Positions 52,770 through 56,269 of a stretch of 56,269 nucleotides of DNA are shown one piece after another. The DNA is from Deltaproteobacteria bacterium (GTDB taxonomy: Bacteria; SAR324; NAC60-12): assembly GCA_002683655.1 (NCBI GenBank), contig NYTS01000098.1, positions 1 through 56,269 on the forward strand, written 5' to 3'. Positions within the stretch are counted from its first letter, which is position 1, and each line of letters opens with the position of its first letter. The notes under the pieces were generated by a model that was not told the origin of the DNA, did not search any database, and saw nothing but the letters and a program-made list of their open reading frames with translations. The position numbers and the translations under genes were made by a program.

Positions 52770-55717
52770 TTATAAATTCACGATTGCTCCCGTAATCATC
52801 GTAGGGGAACCTTTCTCGTTATGTTGCGTGACAAAACTTTGGTCATGGAAGTGGCGATAGTTGCCTGAATTTGTTCGCAATCTATAATGAATGTCATAGG
52901 CCTCAGAATCACCTGTTAGCAAATTACGCATACTGCTCATGGCACTTTAATAGTCCTCAGGGTGAATCAATTGAATGAAGTCTTCGACAGTCTTTAATTC
53001 ATCGGTCATGAAGCCGAGCCATCGGGCCTTGTCAGGGTGACAAAACAACTCCTTTTTGTCATAATTCCACTCCCACCAAGCCACTTTTCCTACTTCGTTG
53101 GCTAGAGTCATTCGCTTGTTACTAAGTTCAACTTCCTTCATCAATTCTTCTTTTTTTCGCCGATATCTCTAAATTTCTGTAATATTTAGCAGAACCAACA
53201 CAGCCCCTTCAATGTGATTCTCAATTGTCTGATAAGGCTTTACCTCTAACTGACACCAGCGATCATCTTTAAGTTGTACTTCTCTTTTAACCGGGACAAG
53301 AACCTTGAGAACTTTTTCGAGATCTTCCATTAAATTTTGATAAGGGAAGCTCCCGGCTAGGTGGGCGATTGGCCGACCAACATCCTGGTTTAAGAGGGAG
53401 AAATACTTTTGTATAACTGGAGTAAAATTGAGAGTGCAAAGCTGTCGATCCAGAAAAACGATCCCTATATTTGTGTTCAAATAAAGGTTGTTTAGATCAT
53501 TATTGGCATTGGTCAATTCCTCTATTTTTTCTGGTATTCTTCATTCAATGTGTAGAGTTCTTCGTTGACAGAGTGAAGTTCCTCGTTCGTGCTCTGCAAT
53601 TCCTCATTGGCAGACATCAATTCTTCATTCGTATTCTGAAGTTCCTCATTAGTTGTCTCTAACTCTTCTGTAGTTGTCTGCAGACTCTCCCAGGTGTGTT
53701 GAAGTTCCCGGCCCATATCTCTAAGTTGCTCTTCGGCTTCTTCACTGAAGTTAAAAGTTAATTCTTTGACCCTTTTGTCCTCGTCGTTCAATTCCTTCAA
53801 ACTATTGAAAGTAACGATGAAGAAGTCCTGTTTGAACGGCCTAAGTCGATAAAGAGTGACCGAAAGCCTCATCAGTTTTGGTCCTTCATCAGTATCGATC
53901 TGGACATCCTTGAACATGATCTCGCCACCGTTCTTTTGCACGGTGCGAATCGCATTACTGACAATGACACCAACCTTTTGATCCAGCAATTTCAATAGAT
54001 TATAGGTCGAATTCCCCTTGGGGATTCGGACAAGCCCGTTGATATCTCCCCATACGTGAAGGATATTCAGTTCCGGATCAATAACTACAGACGATGGAAC
54101 ATACTGATCCATCAAATGTTCATAGATTCCCTTGATCAGCTTTTCTATTTTCGGCTGACCCCTCCCCAACTCCTGCCTTGAGACCAATCCTCCAGTCCAT
54201 CCTGACTTCCATTCGACTGGACTCGACAGCTTGGAATTCTGGGAAATAGACATCTCCTTTATTCCTAAAAAAAAATCGAGCATGGCTAGCCACGGTCCAG
54301 AAGAGATCCTGTGCTTCTCCAGGGTCTCACTCCCTCCAAGAAGGAACATGAATCCATTTTGGTTCAAGGCAAAGCTGAACATTGAAAGTATACGTTTCTG
54401 CACTCTTGACTAGACATAGATCAGCATATTTCTGCAAGAAATCAGGTTCAGCTTGTGAAACGGAGGATCTCTGAGGAGGTTATTTTGAGCAAAAAGTGAC
54501 CATCTTCCTTAATTTTTCAACAGCCTGATAATAATCACCAATTTTAAAGAAATACTTACCAAGCAATTGAACTGGCACATCCGCAATAATGCTTGCAGGG
54601 TATCTCCCAGCACTGGCAATATTCAGGGCTTTTTTATCAACATCACAGGCAAAGATCTTGATGTTCAGGAAGGTTTGGTGGCGTTTCATTGCTTCTGCCA
54701 ACAGAATCGCCAGAGAATAGACCTCTTCACCTGTCGAGCAAGCGCTAACCCAAATGCGCAAAGGAGACTGAGAGTTTTGCTTTCGGGCTGCCAACAACTC
54801 CGGCAAGACTTTATCACGAAGTTTATCAAAGGCCTCTGTATCCCTGAAAAGCCTGGTAACTCCTATCAATAATTCGCTGTGAAGGAGATGGGCTTCTGCC
54901 TTGTTTGTATAAAAATACTCAAGGTACTCATCCGGGGTACCGATTTGAATCACTCCCATTTTTCGCTGAATTCTCCGAGGCGGAGAGCCGTACTTATTTT
55001 CAGTAAAATCTACCCCAGTTTCTTGACGCAGAACAGCAAGGAGTCTATGCAGTACATCCTCTTCATCCGATGACGGGGGCTCATTACGTACCCTGGAAGC
55101 GTATGGATGTTCGACATACCTAAGTATTTCCTGGGGCATGTTCTCAGGTGGTAAGATACTGTCTGCAATGCCTGTCTGAATCGCAGATTTCGGTATCCCA
55201 TCAAATTGAGCTGATTCTGGGGTTTGAGCTAACACATATCCTCCCACCTCTTTAACTACTCGCCACCCAAAGTTCAATCTGTGCCAGTGCCTGACAAAAT
55301 AACGGCTATTGCCCGACTTTCCTGGTCACGTGCCAGTGAACGGAAGAAAATATCAATTGGCAGATTGATCCCAGAAACTGTCACCTGGCCTACTAAATAG
55401 AGCTTTCCCTCCTGAATCGTGAGTTGTCTTTTAGGTGGGATCAAATAGACGGTATCCGGCTTAATCAACGATCCATCGACAGCGTGCTGCACTTTCATTT
55501 GAGTGTGCTTTGAAGGCAGTTAAACCATCATGCATTTGTAGTCTGGGGAAAGGTGCTGCACCACCACGAAAGCGAGGCCATTGTCAGGTGGCATTTTTTT
55601 GAAGAATTTTTCCAGTGAATCCAACCCTCCTGCTGAAGCTCCAAGTCCAACAATAAAACGTTGTGCTTGAGTAGGTACCTCCTCAGTACTTTTGGCATCA
55701 GTAGAATCAGGATTCAT
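52770..55717 (-). pseudogene. CheB methylesterase - CheR methyltransferase - coiled coil - PAS/PAS sensor protein, disrupted by four in-frame stops and three frameshifts
   Basis: Six ORF fragments plus an unlisted 58-codon tail concatenate into a single recognisable multidomain protein. Lesion coordinates are given in the findings. Confidence 0.85.
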
Positions 55718-55751
55718 AGTGAGTTTTCTTTCAGTGATGATGATTCAAAGC

Positions 55752-56003
55752 CTAAAAGGACCAAATCATATTTCTCAGAATCGAAATAACAACTAATACC
55801 AAAACAACTGAAAGATCCATCCCAGCAACAGGTGGGACGTTTTTTCTGACTGGGGTTAGTACAGGCTCTGTCAGGCGATCAAGGAAGCGAACAATCGGGT
55901 TGTATGGATTTACAGGAAACCAAGAGACAATGGCCTTCCCAAGAAGAACCAGGCTGTACGCACCAAGTAGAGAATCGAGCAGTTGAATCAGTGTTGAGGG
56001 CAT
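55752..56003 (-). CDS. yggT: YggT-family membrane protein
   Basis: SWFPVNPYNP...LTEPVLTPVRKNVPPVAGMDLS matches the YggT signature. ATG 56003 is preferred over TTG 56018. Confidence 0.8.
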   Translation of the reverse strand: MPSTLIQLLDSLLGAYSLVLLGKAIVSWFPVNPYNPIVRFLDRLTEPVLTPVRKNVPPVAGMDLSVVLVLVVISILRNMIWSF

Positions 56004-56269
56004 TTTCTTATGAACCAACTTATTAAATGTAGTAAAATCATTGAGCTATGAAGAATAGATATTGCTACACAGATCAATTCGAAAAGGCAACAGTAGCCTA
56101 AGATATGTACTAATTTTCAAATTGATAATTCCGGGGTTTACCAAGATTTAGAGCTTATCCATAAATAGACATGACCTTGTTCAAAGTGATCATTGCTGCC
56201 GCTAAGCTAGTCAAGGCCTGCTAGGAGCGGTCAGTTTCTCCATACCTGGGAATCAACTTTCGAAAACGA

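Noticed and set aside
52662-52772. Continuation of the PAS pseudogene into an output domain between 52770 and scpB
   Set aside because: The roughly 105 nt after TAA 52770-52772 contain further stops in all frames and no kinase or GGDEF-like motif. The output domain, if it ever existed, has been deleted.
53522-53700. Short periodic nucleotide repeat (multiples of gaagaa/gaggaa..ctt/ttg) that looks like a tandem repeat
   Set aside because: It encodes the NEEL-heptad coiled coil (TTEELETTNEELQNTNEELMSANEELQSTNEELHSVNEEL) typical of CheR-PAS fusion proteins. It is coding periodicity, not a non-coding repeat or CRISPR-like array.
1-56269. Alternative genetic code (TGA or TAG/TAA reassigned) as an explanation for the in-frame stops
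   Set aside because: Well-conserved genes across the window end exactly where expected on TGA, TAA and TAG. Examples are GST at TGA 3255-3257, tctC at TAA 18282-18284 and uraH after YRGS. The in-frame stops co-occur with frameshifts in the same genes, which points to decay rather than recoding.
1-56269. Mobile elements, CRISPR arrays, tRNA/rRNA genes, toxin-antitoxin or known defence-system genes
   Set aside because: I scanned the ORF products and intergenic regions. There are no transposase, integrase or recombinase motifs, no regularly spaced repeats and no tRNA-like T-arm or anticodon-arm patterns. No nuclease, ATPase or helicase combinations typical of defence islands were seen.

Overview
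This is a 56-kb chromosomal segment from a Gram-negative, probably marine, heterotrophic bacterium, judged from Tat signal peptides, OMP-like barrels, a TTT transporter and many ABC importers. I found no rRNA, tRNA, CRISPR array, transposase, integrase or phage genes. Content runs in five blocks. (1) 1-5.9 kb holds miscellaneous accessory enzymes: a ThDP enzyme, a GST, a TauD-type dioxygenase and two decayed genes. (2) 5.9-17.2 kb is a carbohydrate or amino-sugar utilisation locus: an ABC importer without its own ATPase, NagZ, two CE7-type esterases, a SelA/DgaE-like PLP enzyme, an amidohydrolase, an SDR and an orphan protein. (3) 17.3-23.6 kb carries tctCBA plus a GntR regulator, a PdxA-family dehydrogenase and an M81 peptidase. 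(4) 23.9-28.7 kb carries two tandem paralogous OMP-like proteins of unknown family, msrP without msrQ, a DUF167 gene and two alpha/beta hydrolases. (5) 28.7-49.9 kb is a 21-gene, single-strand, tightly packed purine/ureide catabolism string (xdhAB, puuD, uraH, uraD, puuE, allantoin racemase, allantoicase, ureidoglycolate lyase, guanine deaminase) with three different ABC importers embedded in it. glpK, scpB, a wrecked CheB-CheR-PAS sensor gene and yggT follow. The most unusual observation is clustered gene decay. At least six loci carry in-frame stops and/or frameshifts, while about 45 neighbouring genes, including very long ones, are intact. Other notable points are the OMP-like paralog pair with a conserved Cys-x8-Cys tail placed after the beta-signal, a CE7 esterase paralog lacking its nucleophile serine, and a repeat/inverted-repeat structure in the leader of the purine gene string. 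All family assignments come from motifs recognised by eye. No database search was run.
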